This document shows positions 1 to 8,310 of a stretch of 64,000 bases of DNA, piece by piece. The notes under the pieces were generated by a model that saw only the letters and a program-made list of their open reading frames with translations, did no database searches and had not been told where the DNA came from. Source of the stretch: an uncultured Synergistales bacterium (GTDB lineage: Bacteria > Synergistota > Synergistia > Synergistales > Aminobacteriaceae); the NCBI GenBank assembly GCA_905235395.1, contig CAJOLN010000001.1:567-64566 (forward strand), in the 5' to 3' direction. The translations under genes and the position numbers were made by a program. Position 1 is the stretch's first letter. Every line of letters starts with the position of its first letter.

Positions 1-248
1 TCGAGAAGTGGAATTGCGGAATTTCTTGCTGGGTTCTCAATGACAATATCAAGAACTTTATCGCTGTTCATTCTGAGTATCGGCTGAAGTTCTGACCAGT
101 CCCCGAAAATTATTTTGTCACCTGCACCGAATACCCTCGCGTTAGTTCCTGAAAAATCAATTTCTTCACGTTCCTTGAGAAATATTTTTACGGGAGTAAC
201 CTTCTTTGAGTTTGATATGAAACTTATTATCTCCTGTGCATTCATCAT
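1..248 (-). CDS. dapH: Tetrahydrodipicolinate N-acetyltransferase (DapH), N-terminal part; the gene runs off the left edge of the window
   Basis: Own translation of the minus strand from ATG at 248 gives MMNAQEIISFISNSKKVTPVKIFLKEREEIDFSGTNARVFGAGDKIIFGDWSELQPILRMNSDKVLDIVIENPARNSAIPLL. This matches the DapH N-terminal domain, including the RNSAIPLL motif. The start overlaps the dapB stop (ATGATGA). It is absent from the ORF track because the window edge truncates it. Confidence 0.75.
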   Translation of the reverse strand, partial: MMNAQEIISFISNSKKVTPVKIFLKEREEIDFSGTNARVFGAGDKIIFGDWSELQPILRMNSDKVLDIVIENPARNSAIPLL

Positions 249-961
249 GATATTAAATCCCTCATGTTATATAAACCTGCTGACTGTTTCACGAGCCACC
301 TTGCCGCCGATAATGCACCCTTTGCGAATAATGCTCTGTTCTTTGCGTCATGTTTCAGGGTTATGGTCTCAAGTCCATTCGAGAAAATAATCTCGTGAGT
401 TCCTACTTCAGTTCCGTATCTCAATGAATGAATTCCAATCTCATTAGCTGGTCTCTTTCCGTTTTCATGCCTGCCTATGTTGAGACTCGAATCACTTCTT
501 GCTTCCTGAATTCGTTCTGCGAGCATTAATGCTGTTCCGCTTGGGACATCGAGCTTCTGGTTGTGATGAGCTTCAATCATCTCAATATCGCAATCACCGA
601 ATATTCGTGTTATGCGTTCGGCCAAGTCAGCGAGCAATGCAACTCCGACAGACATATTAGGCGACATGAAGACAGGAATTTTTTTTGCGGCCTCATGAAT
701 GAGTTTGAGTTCTTCGGGAGTGTGTCCTGTTGATGCGATTAATACGGGAAGTTCACGTTTCACGCAATAGTCTACGAGTTCGGGAGCTGCTTTGTGATTC
801 GAGAAGTCTATTACGCAGTCAGCTTCACCGTTGAAATCTTCAAGTCTCATATAATCTCCTACAACATCAACGCCAGCCGCGATAACTTCACCTTCTTCTC
901 TGGCCATGTCAGCAAGCATATGACCCATACGACCATTTGCACCATTGATGATTATTCTCAT
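245..961 (-). CDS. dapB: 4-hydroxy-tetrahydrodipicolinate reductase
   Basis: 238-aa ORF with the N-terminal nucleotide-binding motif INGANGRMG and an EAHHNQKLDVPSGTA motif typical of DapB. It is tightly packed between dapA and dapH. Confidence 0.9.
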   Translation of the reverse strand: MRIIINGANGRMGHMLADMAREEGEVIAAGVDVVGDYMRLEDFNGEADCVIDFSNHKAAPELVDYCVKRELPVLIASTGHTPEELKLIHEAAKKIPVFMSPNMSVGVALLADLAERITRIFGDCDIEMIEAHHNQKLDVPSGTALMLAERIQEARSDSSLNIGRHENGKRPANEIGIHSLRYGTEVGTHEIIFSNGLETITLKHDAKNRALFAKGALSAARWLVKQSAGLYNMRDLIS

Positions 962-963
962 GA

Positions 964-1851
964 CTATATTAACCCCTGTTCCTGCATTAATGCTTTCAGA
1001 ACTTTCCAGTGTGATTCTTCCATTGGCACAAGAGGAAGACGGACATGATTTTCACAGAATCCCATTGCAGACATTGCCGCCTTAACTGGAATCGGATTCA
1101 CTTCACTGAAGAGCGCATTGATTAACGGAAGCATTTTGCATTGTAATTCCGCAGAACCTTTCACATCACCTGCGAAGAATTTATCGCAAATTTCCATTGT
1201 GATTTTTGGAGCGACATTTGAGAGCACAGAGATTACACCTAACCCTCCCATTGAGAGAATCGGAGTTATCTGGTCATCATTGCCGGAATATATATCGAGC
1301 CTGTCACCTACAAGCTGTGCAGTCTGTACTATCTTGCTGATGTTCGAGTTTGCCTCTTTGATTCCCTGTATCATCGGATGATGTGATAACACTTCGTATG
1401 TCTGAGGCTCAATGTTCACACCTGTGCGTGAAGGGACGTTGTAGAGGATTAACGGTTTTGATGATGCGTCTGCAATCGTTGAATACATTTTGATGAGTCC
1501 GTTCTGCGTGGTCTTGTTGTAGTATGGGGTAACAATGAGCATTGCGTCTGCACCTACATCACAGCAGTACTTCGTGAGCTGAATTGCATATCTCGTATCG
1601 TTTGAACCTGTTGCGGCTATCACCGGGCATCTTCCGTTTATGCGTTCAACTGCAAACTTCACTACTGCTTTGTGTTCTGCATCATCGAGGGTTGAACCTT
1701 CACCTGTTGTTCCTGCAATCACGAGCGCATTGATTCTCTGCTCGCACTGCCAATCGATTACTCTTCCGAATGAATCATAATCTACTCCGTTATCATTTGT
1801 CGGTGTGATTAATGCTGTAGCTACTCCCTTGAAGATTGGGTTTGTGGTCAT
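964..1851 (-). CDS. dapA: 4-hydroxy-tetrahydrodipicolinate synthase
   Basis: 295-aa ORF with the GTTGEGSTL motif and the GIKEA active-site lysine region of DapA-type class I aldolases. AGGAGA lies upstream of the ATG. Confidence 0.9.
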   Translation of the reverse strand: MTTNPIFKGVATALITPTNDNGVDYDSFGRVIDWQCEQRINALVIAGTTGEGSTLDDAEHKAVVKFAVERINGRCPVIAATGSNDTRYAIQLTKYCCDVGADAMLIVTPYYNKTTQNGLIKMYSTIADASSKPLILYNVPSRTGVNIEPQTYEVLSHHPMIQGIKEANSNISKIVQTAQLVGDRLDIYSGNDDQITPILSMGGLGVISVLSNVAPKITMEICDKFFAGDVKGSAELQCKMLPLINALFSEVNPIPVKAAMSAMGFCENHVRLPLVPMEESHWKVLKALMQEQGLI

Positions 1852-2120
1852 GAAACAATCTCTCCTTCTGAAATATGTGATATGAAAAATAAAAACTCAC
1901 AAAAAAACCGCCCCATGAATGAGCGGCTTTATGATACGAAAATCTAAATGTATCTCCGTCATTCACTGAGGCAATGTTAAATTACGCTTTATCTTCAGTG
2001 ATGACATTTTATAGGGCATAAACATTCCTAATGATTCGATTCCTCTCATGATGTTTAGGCCCTCCCTTTTTACATGTGAATTCATATTATGAGAAATAAT
2101 AACCGTGAAAATTTATTCTG
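1852..2120 (-). promoter_or_regulatory. Long dapA leader, a candidate attenuator or riboswitch (lysine-responsive class suspected but not verified)
   Basis: About 270 nt of untranslated leader contains a terminator hairpin just before the first gene of a lysine-biosynthesis operon. The 5' part (GAGAGGAAUCGAAUCAUUAGGAAUG) only loosely resembles the L-box start. Confidence 0.3.
1899..1928 (-). terminator. Intrinsic terminator-like hairpin inside the dapA 5' leader
   Basis: The minus strand reads AGCCGCUC-AUUCAUG-GGGCGGUU followed by a run of 7 U. It ends about 45 nt upstream of the dapA ATG. Confidence 0.5.
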
Positions 2121-2393
2121 TCAATCTTTCACGTCTTCATAGTGTCTGGCACATGAATATATCATTAATTCATTGTCTTCCAATCTGTATATGAGCCTGT
2201 GTTCTTCTGTTATACGTCTGCTCCACATTCCCGAAAGATTTCCCCTTAAAGGCTCAGGCTTACCTATTCCGCCTATATTGCGGCATCGTATTATGTCTTT
2301 CACGAGAGAATTTATCTTTCTCAGAATATATTTGTCTTCAATCTGCCAATCTGTATATTCTTCCCATGCGTTTTCTGTCCATGCTATTTTCAT
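2121..2393 (-). CDS. yoeB: Type II toxin YoeB/Txe family mRNA interferase
   Basis: 90-aa ORF with WTENAWEEYTDWQ, GKPEPLRGNLSGMWSRRITEEHRLIY and RHY motifs, near-colinear with E. coli YoeB. It overlaps the upstream antitoxin gene by 4 nt. Confidence 0.9.
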   Translation of the reverse strand: MKIAWTENAWEEYTDWQIEDKYILRKINSLVKDIIRCRNIGGIGKPEPLRGNLSGMWSRRITEEHRLIYRLEDNELMIYSCARHYEDVKD

Positions 2394-2695
2394 TCGTCAA
2401 CCTCTATCAGATCATGCTCAATAACTTTCCCTTCTTTGAGCTGTTGCAGACTTTGCAATATATGTTCGAGATTTGCTCCGCTGAAGTATTCATCGTATTC
2501 TGCTTTCTCTTCAATTTCCTGAAGACGTTTTCGTTCATCATAAGTCATGCCTATGCTAAATGGAATTTCCTTCTCACGTATAACTTGCCTGAGAAAAACA
2601 TTAACTGCCGTCTGAATATCAAACCCGAACTCATCAAGAAGTTCCTTTGCCCTTTCTGCTGTAATATCATCTACATATACGTTCATGATTTTCAT
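2390..2695 (-). CDS. Antitoxin combining a RelB/DinJ-like RHH N-terminus with a YefM-like C-terminal YoeB-binding tail
   Basis: The N-terminus (AERAKELLDEFGFDIQTAVNVFLRQVIREKEIPF) is DinJ/RelB-like. The C-terminus (ANLEHILQSLQQLKEGKVIEHDLIE) resembles the YefM/Phd C-terminal toxin-binding segment. Confidence 0.75.
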   Translation of the reverse strand: MKIMNVYVDDITAERAKELLDEFGFDIQTAVNVFLRQVIREKEIPFSIGMTYDERKRLQEIEEKAEYDEYFSGANLEHILQSLQQLKEGKVIEHDLIEVDE

Positions 2696-2809
2696 CTCCT
2701 TCGTGCGAATACTATCACGAAAAATTTTGTGATTGCAACTTTAACAACGTGATATAATGAGCTAGGTTTTATCAGTAAAACTTTTTTAAAATATATTTTC
2801 AAGGAAGGA

Positions 2810-4615
2810 TTGATTTTCTTGGGCATTTTCAGAAAAGTTTTTGCACTTATAATTTGTGCCTTCATACTTTCATGTTCATATGCTTATGCCGCAGAGTATC
2901 GTTATGCAACAACAAATATGACATGGGCAGAGTTCTATGCTGGGGAAGTGAATCAGACTTCATCGGCTCTCGAAGTAGAAGGTCTTGATGCAATTACTTC
3001 ACCGACTACATTCGCAATCTCTCGTTTCCCTCTCTTAGTCTCAGAATCAAATGACAACGGGAGCACAATATCGGGATTGAAAGCAGTACCGGTACGAATG
3101 ACAGAAGCAGTTTATGAATCACTCAGTAACAGAATGAGATTCACATTCTCAGATGAGACATTCAGCGAGTACAAAGATGTGAATGCAGACGGTTCATTCG
3201 GAAAAATGATAACTGAAACGACAACAGCAACAGGTGCAACATTAACACTCGGAAGCGGAGCATCAGCAACATGGGGAAACTATCAGCTCACGATTTCAAA
3301 TGCGAATATTAATATCGGACTTAGTGATGACAAGATAGCAAGAAATTATCTAGGCGCATTGATTGAAACTTCCGATGGCAAGGTTTACGGAATGAGACAC
3401 GACTGCAACCTTTGGAGCGATGCAAACACGATAGCATTCTGCGTGAACGACAAATATGTTGAACCGCACGGATTCGGAGTAGTCAGAGATTATGATTACA
3501 CAGCTTCACTCGAAGGAAAGACAATAAGCAAGATAACATTCATGCTGAAGAATATTCCTGATGTCGTAATTAACTGCAATATTTTCGTGAAACGACAGAC
3601 AGCAGCAACAGTAAAGGCAGAAGAACCTGACGGAGGATTTATAGCACCGGCAGAAAGTCCGAAGTTAAAGATGATATTTACTAATGCACCGGCAGTATAC
3701 GCAATCAAATCCGTGTACATGGGAAGCGGACGTAACAGAACGAACATAACAGACTATACATATGCAGACGGTGTACTGACGCTCAACGGAACTGTGATGC
3801 CTGGAAGCTATACGGCATTATTCGAGACGACAGATTATACAGACATATCTGCGAGCTTCACGTTCTATTCGACAGATGCAAACAGCTCTATCATCTCAGG
3901 AGATAATCTCGGTGATGTAAATTTTCTTCTCACTCCCAAAGGCGCAGTATCATCAGTAGATGCGGAGCTTGAGCGCGGAAATTTCTTGAATGCATCCGAC
4001 TACACAAGCCCCGATTTGAATCGCTCAGTTCCCCTTTCAGGAATGAAGAATCAAGTTGAAGGTTCCGGCTTCAGCTTTGACATCAAATTGAACAATCTCC
4101 CTTCAGGAAAAACTGCAGTAGTTGGATTCGGGAAAATATTTTACCTCACACCTAGTAACTGCGGTGAAAAATACTCTCAAATATACTCGTCAATCTCAAA
4201 GCTCCCAACATACCCAAGCGGATACAAATCTGTAGACGGCGATATGTTCAGGAGCATGGGACTTCGTGCAATGTCAGTTCAGAATGGCAAGACTGTTGAC
4301 GTAACAAGCTATGTAGGTGCAGGTGCAATGATAAGCGATGACGAACACATAATGATATATTACGGTGTCATGCTCGCAGATGCCAACACTGGAGAAATCA
4401 GAGAAGGAGATACATACGCATTCTCGCCTGAAGGAGAAACTCTCGTAAGTGATGGTTCGAGAGACGGACATCTGATAGCAGCATGGTACTTTGAATTATT
4501 ATCATCATCATTAAGTTCAGCAATAAGTTCATCAAGCGGAGGATGTGTGTCGTTCGGTATTTCATCAGGAATATTGTTTCCCATGCTCGCATTCATAAGT
4601 TCACGGAAAAAATAA
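2810..4615 (+). CDS. Secreted or surface protein of unknown function with a Synerg-CTERM-like C-terminal sorting signal
   Basis: 601-aa ORF with a TTG start after AAGGAAGGA and an N-terminal signal peptide (LSCSYAYA/AE). The C-terminus is SSSGGC plus the hydrophobic helix VSFGISSGILFPMLAFISS plus RKK. I recognise no catalytic motif. Confidence 0.6.
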   Translation: MIFLGIFRKVFALIICAFILSCSYAYAAEYRYATTNMTWAEFYAGEVNQTSSALEVEGLDAITSPTTFAISRFPLLVSESNDNGSTISGLKAVPVRMTEAVYESLSNRMRFTFSDETFSEYKDVNADGSFGKMITETTTATGATLTLGSGASATWGNYQLTISNANINIGLSDDKIARNYLGALIETSDGKVYGMRHDCNLWSDANTIAFCVNDKYVEPHGFGVVRDYDYTASLEGKTISKITFMLKNIPDVVINCNIFVKRQTAATVKAEEPDGGFIAPAESPKLKMIFTNAPAVYAIKSVYMGSGRNRTNITDYTYADGVLTLNGTVMPGSYTALFETTDYTDISASFTFYSTDANSSIISGDNLGDVNFLLTPKGAVSSVDAELERGNFLNASDYTSPDLNRSVPLSGMKNQVEGSGFSFDIKLNNLPSGKTAVVGFGKIFYLTPSNCGEKYSQIYSSISKLPTYPSGYKSVDGDMFRSMGLRAMSVQNGKTVDVTSYVGAGAMISDDEHIMIYYGVMLADANTGEIREGDTYAFSPEGETLVSDGSRDGHLIAAWYFELLSSSLSSAISSSSGGCVSFGISSGILFPMLAFISSRKK

Positions 4616-4649
4616 TTATCATCGATTCATACACGCAGATTCAAAATGA

Positions 4650-4684
4650 AGGAGCTTCCCAAAAATTTACGGGAGGCTCTTTTG
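4650..4684 (+). terminator. Intrinsic terminator
   Basis: Hairpin GGAGCTTCCC / GGGAGGCTC followed by TTTTG, downstream of the 2810-4615 gene. Confidence 0.55.
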
Positions 4685-4782
4685 ATTCAGTTCTGCAAAT
4701 TGTACACTTGATTTGATTCAGCAAGTGAATTAATTTGTTCACGTTCAAAAATTTTTATTGAAGGAGTTTGATTCAATAACAC

Positions 4783-6264
4783 ATGCTTAGAACTATTGAT
4801 CCGTTTCTCGTAGCAGGTCTATTATTCTTCATGAGCCTCGTTGCAGGAACATTGTCCGAAAAAATAAAATTCCCAGCATTGATATTATTCTTGGGAATTG
4901 GAATGCTCGCAGGTGTAGACGGGCCTGGAGGTTTGTATTTCAATGACGCAGAAGCAGCCAACGGTGTAGGAACGTTTGCACTTGCATTCATATTGTTCTC
5001 AGGAGGATTCCAAACGAGATGGGAGGACGTGAAGCCAATCGTAACTCAGGGTGTCGTACTCTCAACACTCGGTGTATTCTTCACTGCTGTGACAATGGCA
5101 ATACCTCTCGCTATGCTTCCTCAGTTCACATACAAAGATGCATTTCTCTTAGGCTCTATCATTTCATCTACTGATGCCGCAGCAGTCTTCTCGATTCTGC
5201 GAACTCAGAAAGTCGGCGTAAAGGGAACATTGAAACCCTTACTTGAATTTGAATCAGGAAGCAATGATCCTATGGCAGTGTTCTTAACGATAACGGCAAT
5301 ACACTGGCTGAAAAGTCCGGAAGTTCCATTGTTCGACATGGCCATTAAGTTTGTGATTCAAATGGCAGCAGGCGGAGCTATGGGTCTCATGATGGGAAGG
5401 TTAGCGTGTTATGCGATTAAGAAGCTCAAAGTCTCAAATGAAGCGTTATATCCTGTATGGGGAATATGCATTGTATTAACGACATTCGGAATGACTGAGA
5501 CAGTTTACGGCAACGGTTATCTTGCGGTGTACATCTGCGGAATCGTAATGGGAGGCGGAGATTTTCTGTACAAGTATAGTCTTCAGAGATTTCATGAAGG
5601 ATTCGCGTGGCTCATGCAGATTATCATGTTCTTAGTACTTGGCCTTCTCGTCACACCCACAGAGATAATCAGCGTGTCAGTGATCAAGACAGGAATGTTA
5701 ATATCATTCTGTCTGATGTTCATTGCGAGACCTATAGCTACGTTCATATGTACTATATTCAGCAGGTTCAATTTGCGTGAAAAACTCTTTGTATCATGGA
5801 CAGGACTCAGAGGAGCAGTGCCGATTATACTTGCGACATACCCATTAACAGAAGGACACCCGCAGGCAAGGTACATGTTCAACGTTATATTCTTCGTTGT
5901 CTTAACGTCAGTAATGATTCAGGGCAAAACTCTTGCGTATGCGGCCAAGCTCCTTAAACTTGATGCTGCTGTACGTGTGGCAAGAAACTGGACACTGAAT
6001 TTCGATATTACACCCAGTTCAGGCACAGATGAGACCCGTGAAGTTGATTTGATACCCGGTGCTGCTGCTGTGGGTCTTGCGGTTAAGGATCTGAAATTCC
6101 CTGAAGGAGTTACGATACTGCTAATAAATCGCGGAGATAAGTATATGATTCCAAAAGGCGGAACTATATTAGAAGACGGAGATACGTTATTGTTATTCGG
6201 AGACCGTGTGAAACTGTCAGACATTGAGAAGAATTTAACCAAAAACATAGAGACAGAGAATTAG
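4783..6264 (+). CDS. Cation/proton antiporter of the K+/H+ NhaP2/CvrA type with a C-terminal TrkA-C-like domain
   Basis: 493-aa polytopic membrane core of the Na+/H+-exchanger type (ESGSNDPMAV motif region). A soluble C-terminal domain follows (GVTILLINRGDKYMIPKGGTILEDGDTLLLFGD). Confidence 0.75.
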   Translation: MLRTIDPFLVAGLLFFMSLVAGTLSEKIKFPALILFLGIGMLAGVDGPGGLYFNDAEAANGVGTFALAFILFSGGFQTRWEDVKPIVTQGVVLSTLGVFFTAVTMAIPLAMLPQFTYKDAFLLGSIISSTDAAAVFSILRTQKVGVKGTLKPLLEFESGSNDPMAVFLTITAIHWLKSPEVPLFDMAIKFVIQMAAGGAMGLMMGRLACYAIKKLKVSNEALYPVWGICIVLTTFGMTETVYGNGYLAVYICGIVMGGGDFLYKYSLQRFHEGFAWLMQIIMFLVLGLLVTPTEIISVSVIKTGMLISFCLMFIARPIATFICTIFSRFNLREKLFVSWTGLRGAVPIILATYPLTEGHPQARYMFNVIFFVVLTSVMIQGKTLAYAAKLLKLDAAVRVARNWTLNFDITPSSGTDETREVDLIPGAAAVGLAVKDLKFPEGVTILLINRGDKYMIPKGGTILEDGDTLLLFGDRVKLSDIEKNLTKNIETEN

Positions 6265-6342
6265 TTTGTTGATTTTTGCTGAGACTGCGATAATATTTTT
6301 TCAAAAGAATCATAAACTTTTCACTAGTGAGGGGATTAACAA

Positions 6343-7158
6343 ATGGACACCCAGAAGATTAAAAATTTTCTCAGCGGCTTATTCACATTACGCACAGTAT
6401 GGATAGACAAAGGTCAAGGTCAATGGACAGTGAAGAAGAGAATGCATCCGTTACTGCGCGGAACACTATGGACACTTGCACTCATAGCATCGCTGACAGC
6501 ATACGCGGCACTGAAGAATGAATCGCTTCCAAAACCAGAGCAGGCAATAGCGAAAACAATTGACAACGAACAAAAGCCTTCTTCGGAACTTCAGACAACA
6601 GTACTGCCTTTGAAACAAATGGCTATAAGACGCGAGATAATTCTTCCGTCTGAAACGAATCCTGAAACAGATAAAATCATGATGCCTGTAACTAGACCGA
6701 AGACGAATGCAGAACCAAGAGTGCAAAATTTCAATATGCCTGATGACGGGAAATATAGAATCCTCGTGAACAAATCTGAATATAAATTATGGCTCTTAAA
6801 CGGAAATAAACTTGTGCATGAATATTCGATTGCAACAGGAAAGAATCCCGGAGATAAACAGAGAATAGGAGATAACAGAACGCCCACAGGAAATTTTAAA
6901 ATAGTCTCGATTGAGAATGCCTCGAATTGGTCTCATGATTTCCGAGACGGAAAAGGCAAGATTAAAGGTGCATATGGGCCATGGTTCCTGAGACTCGATG
7001 CTAAAGGCTGGAGGGGAATCGGCATTCATGGAACTCATGATCCGGATTCGAGAGGGACTAACGCAACAGAAGGATGTATACGCCTGAGCAACGAAGATAT
7101 AGATGAGCTGAAGCAGTATGCATATAAGAACATGCCAGTAATAATAAGGGAGAATTAG
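6343..7158 (+). CDS. L,D-transpeptidase (YkuD domain)
   Basis: Has an N-terminal membrane anchor. The C-terminal catalytic motif is GIHGTHDPDSRGTNATEGCIRLSNEDI (His...Gly-Cys-Ile-Arg). Confidence 0.8.
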   Translation: MDTQKIKNFLSGLFTLRTVWIDKGQGQWTVKKRMHPLLRGTLWTLALIASLTAYAALKNESLPKPEQAIAKTIDNEQKPSSELQTTVLPLKQMAIRREIILPSETNPETDKIMMPVTRPKTNAEPRVQNFNMPDDGKYRILVNKSEYKLWLLNGNKLVHEYSIATGKNPGDKQRIGDNRTPTGNFKIVSIENASNWSHDFRDGKGKIKGAYGPWFLRLDAKGWRGIGIHGTHDPDSRGTNATEGCIRLSNEDIDELKQYAYKNMPVIIREN

Positions 7159-7167
7159 AGAGAACAA

Positions 7168-8260
7168 ATGCTTAAATGCGGAATTGTAGGTTTGCCGTTA
7201 TCTGGAAAGTCAACGGTCTTCAATGTAATAACGAGAGCAGGAGCAGAGGTTAAGCCTTATGCAGGAGGAAAGACAGAACCAAATCGTGCGTTGGTGAGCG
7301 TACCTGATAAACGTTTTGATAAACTTGTTGAGATATTCAAGCCGAAAAGTGAAAAGCCCGCTGACGTTGAATTTGTAGACTTGGCCGGTTTATCTCGTGA
7401 TGCCGGAAAGGGCGCAGGACTTGGAAATTCATTTTTGTCGTTCGTGTCAGAGAGTGAAGCATTATTGCATGTCATTCGTGTCTTCAGGAATTCATCTGTG
7501 CCTCACCCTGAGAACAGTATAGACCCATTGAGAGATTATCGAATCGTTGAGGCAGAATTAATTTATCGTGATTTGGGAGTAATAAGCAACAGGTTATCAC
7601 GTCTTGATGAGAAGAAGGCAAAGAAGAAATTAACGCCTACAGAATCATCTGAACTTGAACTCCTGAAGAATTTAGAATCACATCTGCTTGATGAAAAACC
7701 ATTGAGAGAATATGAACTCACAGATGAACACTCTTTCTGGATTCGCTTTTCTGACTCTGAAACCTGAACTCGTGGTGCTGAATCTTGATGACACTCAGAC
7801 AAATGAAAATATTCCAGAGCTTTCTGGTCTCATGTCTGAAATGTCAAAGAAGAGAATCAAATCCGTGCGCGTGTACGGAGCGACAGAAATGGAACTTGAA
7901 CAGCTTGACCCTGAAGAGCGAATCGAATTCATGAATGATTTAGCCATAACTGAACCGGGAAGAGAGAGATTGATTCACGAGGCATATAAACTTTTGGGGC
8001 TAATATCATTCTTCACGTCAGGCAGTGATGAAGTTCGTGCATGGACACTCAGAGAAGGAGCTAATGCAGTTGAGGCAGCAGGAGCGATTCATTCAGATTT
8101 GGCGAGAGGTTTCATTCGTGCGCAGGTTGTTGCGTATGATGATTTCATTTCTAATGGTGCTTCTATGTCTGCTTGCCGTGATAAGGGAGTATTGAGGCTT
8201 GAAGGCAAAGAATACATCGTGAAGGACGGAGACATGATAGAGATTCGCTTTAACGTGTAG
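7168..8260 (+). pseudogene. ychF: Ribosome-binding ATPase YchF interrupted by a single-nucleotide frameshift (or a sequencing error)
   Basis: ORF 7168-7767 carries the G1 motif GIVGLPLSGKST and the N-terminal half. ORF 7712-8260, in the +1 frame, carries GFAFLTLKPELVVLNL and the TGS-like C-terminus. The two frames overlap at 7706-7767. Confidence 0.8.
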
Positions 8261-8274
8261 TGAAAGAAAATAAC

Positions 8275-8308
8275 TCCCCCGTTTTTAATTGCGGGGGAAT
8301 TTTTTTTA
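8275..8308. terminator. Bidirectional intrinsic terminator between the convergent ychF and the TamB-like gene
   Basis: Stem TCCCCCG (8275-8281) / CGGGGGA (8292-8298), flanked by an A-rich run upstream and a T-run downstream. Confidence 0.7.
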
Positions 8309-8310
8309 TC

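Noticed and set aside
115-390. 91-aa plus-strand ORF at the left edge
   Set aside because: It lies antisense to the well-supported dapH and dapB coding sequences and has no recognisable motifs.
7706-7767. Programmed ribosomal frameshift in ychF
   Set aside because: There is no slippery heptamer, no in-frame stop at the shift site, no stimulatory SD-like element and no obvious downstream structure. A simple 1-nt indel explains the frames.
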